Positions 15,822-24,881 of a stretch of DNA of 27,932 nt are shown here, piece after piece. Position numbers and translations under genes: made by a program. The stretch is from an uncultured Deinococcaceae bacterium (GTDB lineage Bacteria > Deinococcota > Deinococci > Deinococcales > Deinococcaceae). The first letter of the stretch is position 1; every line of letters begins with the position of its first letter. The notes under the pieces were generated by a model. It saw nothing but the letters and a program-made list of their open reading frames with translations. It made no database searches and was not told the DNA's origin. The stretch lies in assembly GCA_964252075.1 (NCBI GenBank), contig CAXULY010000059.1, positions 1 through 27,932 of the forward strand, in the 5' to 3' direction.

Positions 15822-17300
15822 TCACAGCCCGAAGCGTACCTCTGCCGCCTGAATCAGCCCGCGGCCTGTCATCATGCCCACCACCTGACGTACGGCGCCG
15901 TCCCAGCGCGCCTTTGCCTCCCCACGGCGTCCCTCGCGCAACAGCTGCAGACGCATCACCACATCCCCGATATTGACCGGTTCCTGCGTGATGCCAAGAT
16001 TCCGCAACTCCTGGCGCACCCGGAAGCGCTCCACCTTGCTGGTCTGGCGCGACTCGCCGAGCGCAGCGCGCACCAGCGCCTGCCCGCCGTTCGTGCGGCC
16101 GGGCAGCTTGTACAGCTGATCGCCATTCTGCAGGTGCTCGCCCACGATCATGGGCACCTCGCGCAGCAGCTCATCGAACGCCTTGATGCGCACCGGGCTG
16201 AGCGCCAGCGCCACGAAGGTGGTGGGCAGCAGGTCCCGGATGAACTTCGCGGCGTCCAGCGGGTACACAAGGTCGTCCTGACAGCGCTGAAGCGCCTGCA
16301 CCAGCACGCCTGGACTGGTGACCTCCACGTTGTGCGCCAGCGCCTCCCAGCACAACGTCACCCACAGCAGGCGCTGGTCGGGGATGGGCGGCGGGTAGGG
16401 CCCAATCAAGCCCTGCAGCGCCGCGTGATTTTCGCCGTTCTGAATGACGCGCAGGCCGCGAAATAGCCGCGCGTAGCCGACGGGCTGCTCTCCGCGCATC
16501 TGCGAGAATTCTTCTTCCGTCACGTCCCACGGGATGCGACCGCGCAGGGCCCACACCGCGTTCGTGAGGCTGTCGTACTGGTTCTCGCTCTCGATGAACT
16601 TCGCCTCGCCGATGTTCAGCATGGCCTGGGTGAAGCGGCGCACGGCGGAGTCCTCGGCGGTGTTGGCGAGCACATCCACGTACTCGCCGCGCCCGAGGAA
16701 CGCGCCGGCCATCAGGTCCCGCATCCACTGCTCGCGCCTTGGTGTGAGGGGGAACATGCTGGCGATCTCTCGGATGCGCGCGGGACTGCCTTGTCCCAGC
16801 ACGTTGCGGACACGCTCGAGGTCCAGGGCGATATGCTGCGCGCGGCTGTACATCCTTGCGCTCGTGGCGTAGGCCAGCGCGGCGTGCAGCATCCCGAAGG
16901 CGCGCGACTGGTCACCTTTCATGCTGGCCGCCATCGCGACGGAGAAGTTGGCGTAGCAGGCGCCCTCGAGCTCGTTCGGCAGGTTGCTGTCCGCCAGGCA
17001 GTACGGCTCCAGCGCGAACACTTCATCGAGCCGCTCGAGATACGTGAGGAACAGCATGCGCACGCCGATCGCCAGGGTGCTCGGGATGGTGCGCAGGCGC
17101 TCTACCATGCGTTCGATCTCGCGGTCATTGGCGTCCGCGAAGGCCGCCTGAAAGCGGCGGATGGTGTGCAGGTTGGTGCGCGACTTGGTAATAGCAGCCA
17201 ACTCGTGGCTCGGGCGCTGAACGAGGGCCGTGTCCCAGGCTGAGGGGTCGGCGAGGTCCAGTGGAGCCGAGGGCGTGCGAGACGATTGAAGTGTGGTCAC
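15822..17300 (-). CDS. Alpha-helical TPR-like regulator with possible C-terminal winged-helix; candidate peptide receptor
   Basis: TPR-like ACYANFSVAMAASMKGDQSRAFGMLHAALAYA and MAGAFLGRGEYVDVL; C-terminal HLQNGDQLYKLPG...KVERFRVRQELRNLG; GGAGG RBS before GTG 17300. Confidence 0.7.
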   Translation of the reverse strand: MTTLQSSRTPSAPLDLADPSAWDTALVQRPSHELAAITKSRTNLHTIRRFQAAFADANDREIERMVERLRTIPSTLAIGVRMLFLTYLERLDEVFALEPYCLADSNLPNELEGACYANFSVAMAASMKGDQSRAFGMLHAALAYATSARMYSRAQHIALDLERVRNVLGQGSPARIREIASMFPLTPRREQWMRDLMAGAFLGRGEYVDVLANTAEDSAVRRFTQAMLNIGEAKFIESENQYDSLTNAVWALRGRIPWDVTEEEFSQMRGEQPVGYARLFRGLRVIQNGENHAALQGLIGPYPPPIPDQRLLWVTLCWEALAHNVEVTSPGVLVQALQRCQDDLVYPLDAAKFIRDLLPTTFVALALSPVRIKAFDELLREVPMIVGEHLQNGDQLYKLPGRTNGGQALVRAALGESRQTSKVERFRVRQELRNLGITQEPVNIGDVVMRLQLLREGRRGEAKARWDGAVRQVVGMMTGRGLIQAAEVRFGL

Positions 17301-17369
17301 GATCTGGCCTCCGGCTCCCATATTGCCGCAGTCCGGGTCGTTTTCGCCGCACACTTCATCTGTCGCACT

Positions 17370-17419
17370 TTGTAGTACATGTCTACATACTTGCAAGTTT
17401 TGTAGGTAACTCCTACAAT
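17370..17419 (+). promoter_or_regulatory. Rightward promoter TTGCAA-17-TACAAT with two 19-bp operators
   Basis: -35 at 17391-17396, -10 at 17414-17419; operators TTGTAGT-ACATG-TCTACAT (17370-17388) and perfect TTGTAGG-TAACT-CCTACAA (17400-17418). Confidence 0.85.
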
Positions 17420-17491
17420 ATTAGCAGGCAAAAGACGCGTCCATCCCGGCTAAGGAACTGCGGACGCGTCCAGACAGAAACGAGGTTCTGC

Positions 17492-17815
17492 ATGACCACT
17501 GTAGCAGTATCACCCGCCACTCAGCGCATCGAAGGTGACGTGCAAGCGGGCATCCGCGAGGCCTACCACTACCGCGAGCACCGCATCGAGCACTGGGTTC
17601 GCCTCGGCCATTGGCTGCCCCTCGGTGCCCCTGAGGCCTTCACCAGCCTCGACGCCGCCTGCACATACATTGACCAGCTATACAGCGGTACCTGCGTCGC
17701 ACACGTGGTCGGCCTGCAGACGCACAACCTGGGCCGTGCAGAGAAGGCCAGTGCCATCCGCACCCGCGTCTCCGAAGGGAAAGCCCGCCGCCGCCGTGGC
17801 GGGCGGTGGCTGTGA
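17492..17815 (+). CDS. Hypothetical protein, first gene of the rightward early operon
   Basis: GAGG RBS before ATG 17492; stop coupled to the next gene. Confidence 0.75.
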   Translation: MTTVAVSPATQRIEGDVQAGIREAYHYREHRIEHWVRLGHWLPLGAPEAFTSLDAACTYIDQLYSGTCVAHVVGLQTHNLGRAEKASAIRTRVSEGKARRRRGGRWL

Positions 17816-18009
17816 AGTACCTCGAGAAGCGCGTGCGCACCCTGGAAGCGGAGCTCGTGGCAGTCACGGCGTGGTTCGACGCGCTCGAGGCACCCACCCC
17901 CCAGGACCGGGCGCGGCTGCACTACGCCCGCGCGCAGTGCATGGCCGCCGTGCAGGACTGGAATGAAGCCGAGGTGGACGTCGACGCCGGCTTCCTGGCG
18001 GCCGTGTGA
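17812..18009 (+). CDS. Small helical hypothetical protein
   Basis: GTGA coupling at both ends. Confidence 0.75.
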   Translation: MKYLEKRVRTLEAELVAVTAWFDALEAPTPQDRARLHYARAQCMAAVQDWNEAEVDVDAGFLAAV

Positions 18010-18403
18010 GCCTCGCTGAGCCACTCCACCCCACCGTCTTCCAGCCCAGCGGGCCGCGCACCTGCCTCACCTGCGGCGGCACCGTCAGCGCCCTCAGGCA
18101 CGTCACCGTGTGCGACGCGTGCTTCAAGGCCGGCGCGGCGCGCGGCACGCACGGCGCGATCAATGTCCGCAGCATGCCCCGCACCCGCCTTGAAGCCGCC
18201 CTGATCGCGCTGCGCCTCACCCGCGAGCGCCATCAGCGCCAGGCCGCGAACCTCGTCCGCTTCCACACCGGGGGCGCCGCCACGCTCGACGCGGCAATAG
18301 AGGTCTTACGGCGGGCTTCGAGCTGGAACTCGCGCCGCTGCGCGCCGAATTCGAGCACCACCTCCAGGCCTTCCGCGCTTGGCATCAGGGAGGTCAGGCG
18401 TGA
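18006..18403 (+). pseudogene. Zn-finger (CxxC...CxxC) protein with a 1-nt frameshift near 18308
   Basis: CLTC...CDAC; the shifted frame AGFELELAPLRAEFEHHLQAFRAWHQGGQA* ends in a GTGA overlap with the next start. Confidence 0.65.
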
Positions 18404-18615
18404 ACCGAACCGCACCCGCATTTCCCTTTATCGGGACCGTCCGCAGCCAGCACGTGTACCAGCAAGGCCTCACCAAGCGCGAACACTTCGCGGGCGTAGC
18501 CCTGCAGGGCCTGCTCGCCAATCCTGCGCACGCGGGCTTCAACGTGGAGGAGGTCGCGTGGGAGGCCGTGCGCCTCGCGGACGCCCTGTGCGACGCCCTG
18601 GCTGGTGTGAAATGA
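18400..18615 (+). CDS. Small phage protein (PAFP...GLTKRExFAxxALQGLLA family)
   Basis: GGAGG RBS; motif pattern recalled from widespread phage hypothetical proteins. Confidence 0.8.
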   Translation: MNRTAPAFPFIGTVRSQHVYQQGLTKREHFAGVALQGLLANPAHAGFNVEEVAWEAVRLADALCDALAGVK

Positions 18616-18845
18616 CGCGTCTCGTTCCCGTGACCGCCGCGCCCGACCGGCCGCGCAAGCTGTGGCGGCTGCTCGCGTCCGTCTGGATCTCGATGCGCAA
18701 TACCGTCGGCGGCGTCGGCTTCGTGCTGCTGCTGATCGGCGCGACGTGCGCGTACTGGCCGCTCATGCTGATCGGCGCGGCGCTGCTCGCCGCCTTCGCT
18801 GCGCGCCGCCGGTTCTTGGACCTGCGCACCTGGACCTGGCTGTGA
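18612..18845 (+). CDS. Small 2-TM membrane protein
   Basis: ATGA coupling; VGGVGFVLLLIGATCAYWPLMLIGAALLAAFAA. Confidence 0.7.
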   Translation: MTRLVPVTAAPDRPRKLWRLLASVWISMRNTVGGVGFVLLLIGATCAYWPLMLIGAALLAAFAARRRFLDLRTWTWL

Positions 18846-19011
18846 TGGTCACCGAGCACCTCCCCTCACCGAACGTGAAGGCGCGCAGGCGCTGCGTCTG
18901 GAAGCGAAGGGGGGCGGGCTGCCGCTCGAGCGCGGGCTGCTGATGTAGGACAGCCAGCGCTGGTTCATCCGCCACAAGCCCCTCACCGAACTGACCGGGG
19001 TGCCCGCATGA
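18842..19011 (+). pseudogene. Small disrupted gene (frameshift in a C-run near 18862 and TAG at 18946-18948)
   Basis: Reconstructs to MVTEHLPLTEREGAQALRLEAKGGGLPLERGLLMxDSQRWFIRHKPLTELTGVPA. Confidence 0.45.
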
Positions 19012-19042
19012 GCGCCCGTGACCTCAACGCCCAGGAGACCCC

Positions 19043-21994
19043 ATGACCGCCAAGCCCAGCAACCCGAAGGGCAAGACGCCCCACAAACCTCGCACGCCCA
19101 AGGCACTGAAGGGACATGGCGGCGGCGGCGAGGATGCGGTTGCACTGCCCACCCCGACCCCAGGCCGGCCCACCGTGGACCGGCACGGCGCGGACGTCGA
19201 AGTCGGTCGGTGGCTGTCGTTCACCCACACCAACCACGGGCGTCCGCAGGTCCTGCAGGGCCGCGTGCTGACCTTTGGGGATGGCTTCGCGAACGTGGAA
19301 ACCACCGGCAGCCAGAAATTCACGGTGGAGTCGAACACCGCTACGCTGCTGCGCGACGCGGACACCTTCAAGCCTGGCGACGCGGTGTTGTTCCCCAGGG
19401 CGCTCACGGCGCCGGATGAGTTCTCGCGCGGCGTGGTGGAGCAGGTCGGCCCGGACCTCCCCACGGTCGCAAGCAGCGTGCGCGGGGACGCCCTCACGGT
19501 GCGGGACGACACCACCGGCGAAGAGTTCCACCGCATGGCGGGCAACTGCAAGCATCTTGACGAGGCTTCGGCCGAGGTGACCCTGGCCCAGCCCACAGAA
19601 GTCGAGCCCGCGCCTGCTGCATCCCCGGAGGTGACGGTCGTGAAGCGGTCGCGGCGCACAGAACGCCCGACCGAGGAGTTCCCTTCCACCCCGCCGGAAC
19701 ACGACGAAGCGCACCTCGCCAACCTGCACCGCGGCCTGGTGGAGGCGATGGACGGCGCCGCGCGCCGGCGCGCGCCGGACCTCCGGATCGACACGCGCAC
19801 CTGGGACACCGGCGAGATCGTGTCGATCCAGGGCACCATCACCTGCGTCACGGACGCCATGACGGACATGACGCTGCTCGTGGAGGTCTGGCACGAGGAC
19901 GGCAACATGGCCATCCCGAGCGGCGCCCCCCGCGCGGCCTGCACGCCGCCCGCCGTCGCCCTGCTGCCCGGCGACCTGGTGGTCCTCGCGGAGCTGGGCG
20001 TCCTGGGCGGCGTCTTCGCGGTGCTGAGCGCGCACGAGGGCGTGCTGCAGATCGAGCGCATCGACGGGAACCGCGCGGTGCGCCTGCAGGTGTCGCCGGA
20101 CGACGTGCTGGTGCGCCGCCGCCTGAACCCCGACAACGCCGTCCTGGATGTCCGCCGCCTGCGCGTGAAGCCGCTCAGCGACGCGACCGAGCGGGGACCG
20201 GAGGGCGCGCCCGCCGAGCTGCCCGAAGGTGAACCGACGCCGGACGCCCCACCCAGTGAGGGCGCGTCCACCGCGCTTGAGCGGCGCTTCCCCATCCCGG
20301 CGATCGACGCGCCGCCCATCGGCATCCAGCTGATCCCCTGGAACAAACTCACGAACAGCGACCTGAACCCCCGCAAGGCCTTCGATCAGGTGTCCCTGCA
20401 GGAGCTGGCCGTCAGCATCTTCCACGGCGGCGTGAAGCAGAACCTCCTCGCGCGCCCGCATCCCACCCGCCCCGGCCTGTACGAGATCGCGGCGGGCGAG
20501 CGGCGCTGGCGCGCCATCGGCCTGCTGGTGCACAGCCTGGAGGTGGGCGAGGGCGAGCGGCGCGACACGATGTACGTGGCGCCCGATTACCTGGTGCCGG
20601 TCCTGGTGGAGGACATGACGGACCTGGAGCTGCTGGAGAACGCCACCACCGAGAACGTCCAGCGCCGCCGCATGAGCCCCCTCGAGGAGGCCGACGCGTT
20701 CGCCGCGCTGATGGACCTGGGCGCCACGGTCGACGCGCTCGCGTCGCGCTTCGGGTACTCGCGCCGCACCATCGACCGCCGCGTGCGGGTCTCCCGCAAC
20801 CTCATCCCCAAGCTCCGGGCGCTGTACGACGCGGGGAAGCTCAGCCTCAGCCAGGTGGAGGTGGTGGCGCTCGCCACGCCGGAGGCGCAGCAGGCGCTGC
20901 TCGACTCCACCCTGCGCTACGAGCACCACCAGCGCGAGGCCACCCCAGAGAAGCTGCGCGGCCTGCTGAACGACCGGCTGTTCCTCACGGCCCGCGCGCA
21001 GTTCCCGCGCGCCTGGTACACGGGCGTCGTCGAGGCGGCGGACCTGTTCGGGGACCTGCCCGAGCACTTCCGGAACTTCGACGAGGCCCTCGCCTGTCAG
21101 GTGCGGCACGCCAAAGCCCTCGCCGACAAGGACGTGGCGCGCGGCGCGGCGTTCGCGGACATCGTGGAGCGCCCCGAGGCGCAGCTGTGGGAGTACGGCA
21201 CCGGCGGGACGGGCGTCGTGTACTGGGTGAACACCCAGACCGGAGAGCTCAAACGCTACGAGGGGCACTCCCTCTACCGGGCGAAGCCGACGTACCGCGC
21301 GGAGGCACCCCAGCCCGTCCCGACGCACGAGACGCCTTCAGCGGCCACCGCGCCTGGCCCGGTGCGCGCGTCCGCGCCGTCCGCGTCGCGCGCGGCCGTG
21401 CTGGACGTGCCGCGCTACCCCGGCACGTACGTCGCGGACAGCGCGGCGAAGCAGCAGCTCGCGCAGGCCTCCCTGACGGACGACCGCCTGGCGGACGCGA
21501 CCCTCGTGTGAACGTGGGTGGTGGACGGCAACGGCATCGACGCGTACGGGCAGCTCCCCCTCGTCCACGAGTTCGTGGAGCGCATGGGCGGCCTGCTGGA
21601 GTGGGAAGGCGACGGGTTCGGCGTGACCTTCGAGAACGACGTCATGCACCCCGCGGACGTGGTGTTCCGCGCGATGCTCGCGCTGCCCGCGGACCTGTTG
21701 CGGCGCGCCGCGCGACTCATCGCGGTGCAGGGCATCGACCACGTGCACCCCGACGCGCAGGCGTGGACCTTCGAAGACCTGCGCGCCGCGCTGCCCGGCG
21801 CGCCCGCCTGGACGCTCACCGAGGCGTACCTGCAGGCCTGCAACCGCGAGGCGCTGCTGGAGTTGTGGGCGGACGCCGCGCTGCCCGGAGAGCCGCACGG
21901 CATTGACCAGTCGCTGCGCGCGCGGCTCCTCGGGGAAGCCCCGAAGCTCGCCGCGCAGGGCTTCCTGCCGCGCCCCATGCGAGGGGACGCGTGA
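19043..21994 (+). CDS. Large ParB/RepB/Spo0J-family protein with a long N-terminal extension, split by an in-frame TGA at 21509-21511
   Basis: NPRKAFD...LQELAVSI...GVKQNLLARP...YEIAAGERRWRA ParB motifs and MSPLEEADAF HTH; ORF 21518..21994 is in the same frame. Confidence 0.85.
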
Positions 21995-22170
21995 GGAGCC
22001 TCGAAACGCACCGGCACACGTTGCTGTCCGTCACCACCCTGATGCTGGAGGTTCTGCAGGTACGGGTGGAGAAGCCCGGCATGTCGGCCCAGCGTCCGGA
22101 TCTGGAGCGCGTGCAAGACATCGTGCTTGTCGGGCAGGCCGTCGTGAACCGATGGTTCACGGCCAGTTCC

Positions 22171-22383
22171 TCACTGCAGCACGTGCAGTTTCGCTTGCCA
22201 TCCCCGCTCGGTCAGCTCGTACCGTCCACGGCCACAGTTGCGGATCAATCTCGACGCGGCCATAAACCGCACCTGACTGGTGGCGGACTTTGCGTTGACC
22301 TGTGGCGGGAGCAGCGCCAGGAGGTCCTGCAGGTCCACGACCCCAGGCGGAAACACCTTCAGAAGCACAGTTTCGATCGTCAC
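22171..22383 (-). CDS. Single-domain winged-helix protein, remote copy of the 6.9-10.0 kb family
   Basis: IETVLLKVFPPG...RLIRNCGRGRYELTERGWQA aligns with the family pattern. Confidence 0.7.
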   Translation of the reverse strand: MTIETVLLKVFPPGVVDLQDLLALLPPQVNAKSATSQVRFMAASRLIRNCGRGRYELTERGWQAKLHVLQ

Positions 22384-22651
22384 TCGAAGGCCAGTCTATG
22401 TGGAACGAAGCGCCGTTCCTGCCCACTTTGGGCGTGGGCAGGAACGGCGCGCCAAGCATGCCTCAAGACTCTTCGCACACCCCTGCGCTGTAGACGTGCG
22501 GGGCGCCCTGCAGGCTGCGCCGCCGACTGGGCCTGCGGCGAGGGCTGCAGGTGGGCCGAGCCGAACCTGGGCAGCGCCTGCGTGCCCGGGGTGGAGGCGT
22601 AACGCCATCCTGCTCGCCCAACCCCCGTTTTCATTCCCGAGGGGAGACCGC

Positions 22652-22993
22652 ATGACCGTCGGATCGTTCCATCACTTCACCATCAACGGGCCGGTCATGA
22701 AGCGCGCCGCCACGCCCGAGCAGGACGCGCGCGTCCTCGAGTTCCTGCGTGAGCGCGGGCCGCTCGGCACGGGCTTCATGGCGCGCGAGCTGGGCACGTC
22801 GCAGGCGACCGCCGCGCTGTGGGTGGAGGACCTGCAGTCGCGCGGCTGCGTGCGCGCGGTGTCCAGCGCCGAGGCAAAAAAGCGCCGCCTCACCTGGAAA
22901 CTGGTGGACGTCCAGGTCGACGAGGCCCTGGTCGGCCCGCGCCGGTCTGGCCGATCCCTGGCCGTCGCGCACGAGGGTACGGGAAACCTGTAG
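22652..22993 (+). CDS. Winged-helix protein (FaeA/Z-alpha-like fold pattern)
   Basis: GGGGAGA RBS; RVLEFLRERGPLGTGFMARELGTS...LQSRGCV...TWKL. Confidence 0.75.
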   Translation: MTVGSFHHFTINGPVMKRAATPEQDARVLEFLRERGPLGTGFMARELGTSQATAALWVEDLQSRGCVRAVSSAEAKKRRLTWKLVDVQVDEALVGPRRSGRSLAVAHEGTGNL

Positions 22994-23287
22994 GTGGGGG
23001 CCGCGCGGCCCAGGCGCATCCAGCGCGAAGCAGACTCCGCTGGACGCGCCGCACCGCGCCCATCCGCGGCGGGTGTGGCGTCCGCTGAGGTTGGGGTGGG
23101 AAGGCCGAGTAGACGCGCCGAACAGCGCCTCACGTGCGATTGAACAGCCGCAGACCCGGCGTGCCTGCCGTTGGAGGATGCGGCCGGTCCCTGGTCTTCC
23201 TGGGGTTGAGCTGGGATGGACACGCGCTTCTGAGGGGATTCGTCCTTCTCACCCCAGAGACGGGCCGGCCCACCTCACTCCGGCCCT

Positions 23288-24010
23288 TCAGTGAGGTTGG
23301 GCGCGCAAATCACGGTCCGCGACTTCTCGCATCAGGTCCATTTGGGCCTGCTGAATGACCAGCAGACGCTGCCATTGCCGCTGCGTCAGGTGGTCGATCT
23401 TCTCATGCAGGTGCCGCACCTCCAGCTCCGCCCTGAGGTTCACCTCGTAATCCTGCTCGGCCCGCAGGCGGTCCCGCGCCTCCTGCCGGTTCTGACTCAT
23501 CAGGATCACTGGGGCCTGCAAGGCCGCCACTGAGGACAGCACCAAGTTCAGCAGGATGAACGGGTACGGGTCAAATGGCCGGGCGAACACGTGCAGAACA
23601 TTCACGGCGATCCAGAGGAGCAGGACACCCAGAAAGAGCCAGATAAAGGCCCAGCTTCCCCCGAAGCCCGCGACGCGGTCAGCCATTCGCTCCCCGTACG
23701 GCAGGCTGCGGTCGTACTCCGCATTCAGGTTGCGGGTGGCCGCCTCCTGCGTCTCCAGACTGCGCAGCGCGTCCGCGTTGATCGCGGCGAACTCGGCCTG
23801 ATCCTGCTCGATGGTGAGGTCAATCTGATCGCTGAGGGCGTGGTTGATGCACGACAGACAAATCTGGTCGTCCGGGCCAACCTGCGGGGAGGTCGCGCGA
23901 ACCCGGCTGGCGACTGCGGGCCGAACGATGGAGAGCGGCACCAAATCTGTGCGCTCAAGCTGGCAGGCGGCGCAGATCGGGCTGGGGCCAGCGGGGGGAG
24001 GTAGAGTCAT
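23288..24010 (-). CDS. DUF1003 domain membrane protein
   Basis: GERMADRVAGFGGSWAFI...FDPYPFILLNLVLS...QAPVILMSQNRQ...RDR. Confidence 0.9.
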   Translation of the reverse strand: MTLPPPAGPSPICAACQLERTDLVPLSIVRPAVASRVRATSPQVGPDDQICLSCINHALSDQIDLTIEQDQAEFAAINADALRSLETQEAATRNLNAEYDRSLPYGERMADRVAGFGGSWAFIWLFLGVLLLWIAVNVLHVFARPFDPYPFILLNLVLSSVAALQAPVILMSQNRQEARDRLRAEQDYEVNLRAELEVRHLHEKIDHLTQRQWQRLLVIQQAQMDLMREVADRDLRAQPH

Positions 24011-24059
24011 TGGGGAATTCCTTTCCCATCTGGAGTGTGCCGGAACAGGGGCACCCGGG

Positions 24060-24881
24060 TCATCGCGCTGGCCCGCCTTCCGTTCTGGAAGCCCTTTCGG
24101 TGAGGGACCGCCGAGCCCAGCCGAGGGTGATCCCGACCGCCACGAGTCCGGTGAGCGCTGCCGCAACCCAGGGATTGTACGCCGACCCGTGGTTGGGAAA
24201 GAGCTGCCAGGCGACGTTGTAGGTGGCGTGACTCAGGATCGCCGCGAAGGCGCGGTGCCCCGCGTTGTTGTAGAGCCAGACGAGCACCACCCGGAAGCCG
24301 AGGCTGAACAGGCACTGCCCCAGTATCCAGCTCGGAGCGGGGTGGGCCTGGGCGAAGGGAATCAGGTGCCACCCCACCCACACCGCCCCAATGATGAGCG
24401 CTGCCGCCCCACTTCCCACGCGAGACTGCAGCGGGTCGAGCAGCGTGGCCGACCACGCCAGTTCCTCACCGGCGGCGGCGATGAGAAACAGCAGCAGCAG
24501 GGCGGGGAGGTGCGACCAGGGGACCGATGCACCAGGAAGCGGGTAGGACGCGGCCCACATCACGACGGAGGCCACCAGGAGGATCAGCGGCATCAGGAGC
24601 GCGGCCAGGACCCACCAGAGGGATGACCCCGTGCCGTGGACATCGAAGCTGCGGGCCAGCAATCGCCCGACTCCGGGGCGTCCACCGACGCGCCAGGCAT
24701 ACACACCGGCCACAGCCGCTGGGCACAGAACCGCCAGGGCACTCAGGGGGAGGCCCAGCAGCAGGTGAGCGCCCAGCAGGTGGCCGAGCACCCAGAAGGG
24801 AACGGACAGGGCGTACACGGCCAGAATGAACGTCCACGGGAAGCCGGGCCACGGACGGTCAACTGGGTCAGCCCCGTGCAT
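24060..24881 (-). CDS. CPBP-family (CAAX/Rce1-like) intramembrane glutamic endopeptidase
   Basis: Multiple TM segments; GEELAW, WxxWHL and HATYN motifs. Confidence 0.85.
   Translation of the reverse strand: MHGADPVDRPWPGFPWTFILAVYALSVPFWVLGHLLGAHLLLGLPLSALAVLCPAAVAGVYAWRVGGRPGVGRLLARSFDVHGTGSSLWWVLAALLMPLILLVASVVMWAASYPLPGASVPWSHLPALLLLFLIAAAGEELAWSATLLDPLQSRVGSGAAALIIGAVWVGWHLIPFAQAHPAPSWILGQCLFSLGFRVVLVWLYNNAGHRAFAAILSHATYNVAWQLFPNHGSAYNPWVAAALTGLVAVGITLGWARRSLTERASRTEGGPAR

Larger units (their letters stand above)
1..23000. mobile_element. Prophage or phage-plasmid-like element, early/regulatory region (extends past the left edge; right boundary approximate)
   Basis: Co-occurrence of initiator with internal iterons, RusA-like nuclease, tyrosine recombinase, divergent HTH repressor pair with operators, ParB-family gene and many short stop/start-coupled phage-type ORFs. 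Content switches to metabolic genes after ~23.3 kb. No att sites or structural genes identified. Confidence 0.75.

Noticed and set aside
14279..17418. Operators as the Deinococcus RDRM (DdrO) motif
   Set aside because: RDRM is a 17-bp palindrome with a different consensus; these sites are 19 bp with GTAGG/CCTAC arms.
21991..22602. 203-aa plus-strand ORF after ParB
   Set aside because: The start is coupled to the ParB stop so the 5' part may be real, but the rest overlaps a better-supported antisense wHTH gene and looks non-coding; not called.
22652..22993. Z-DNA-binding Z-alpha domain
   Set aside because: The fold pattern is similar, but the NxxLY recognition residues are absent (AALWVEDL); treated as a generic wHTH.
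24060..24881. CPBP protease as the maturation enzyme for the secreted peptide
   Set aside because: It is 8 kb away, overlaps the xfp stop in a cargo operon and has no operator; no evidence of linkage.
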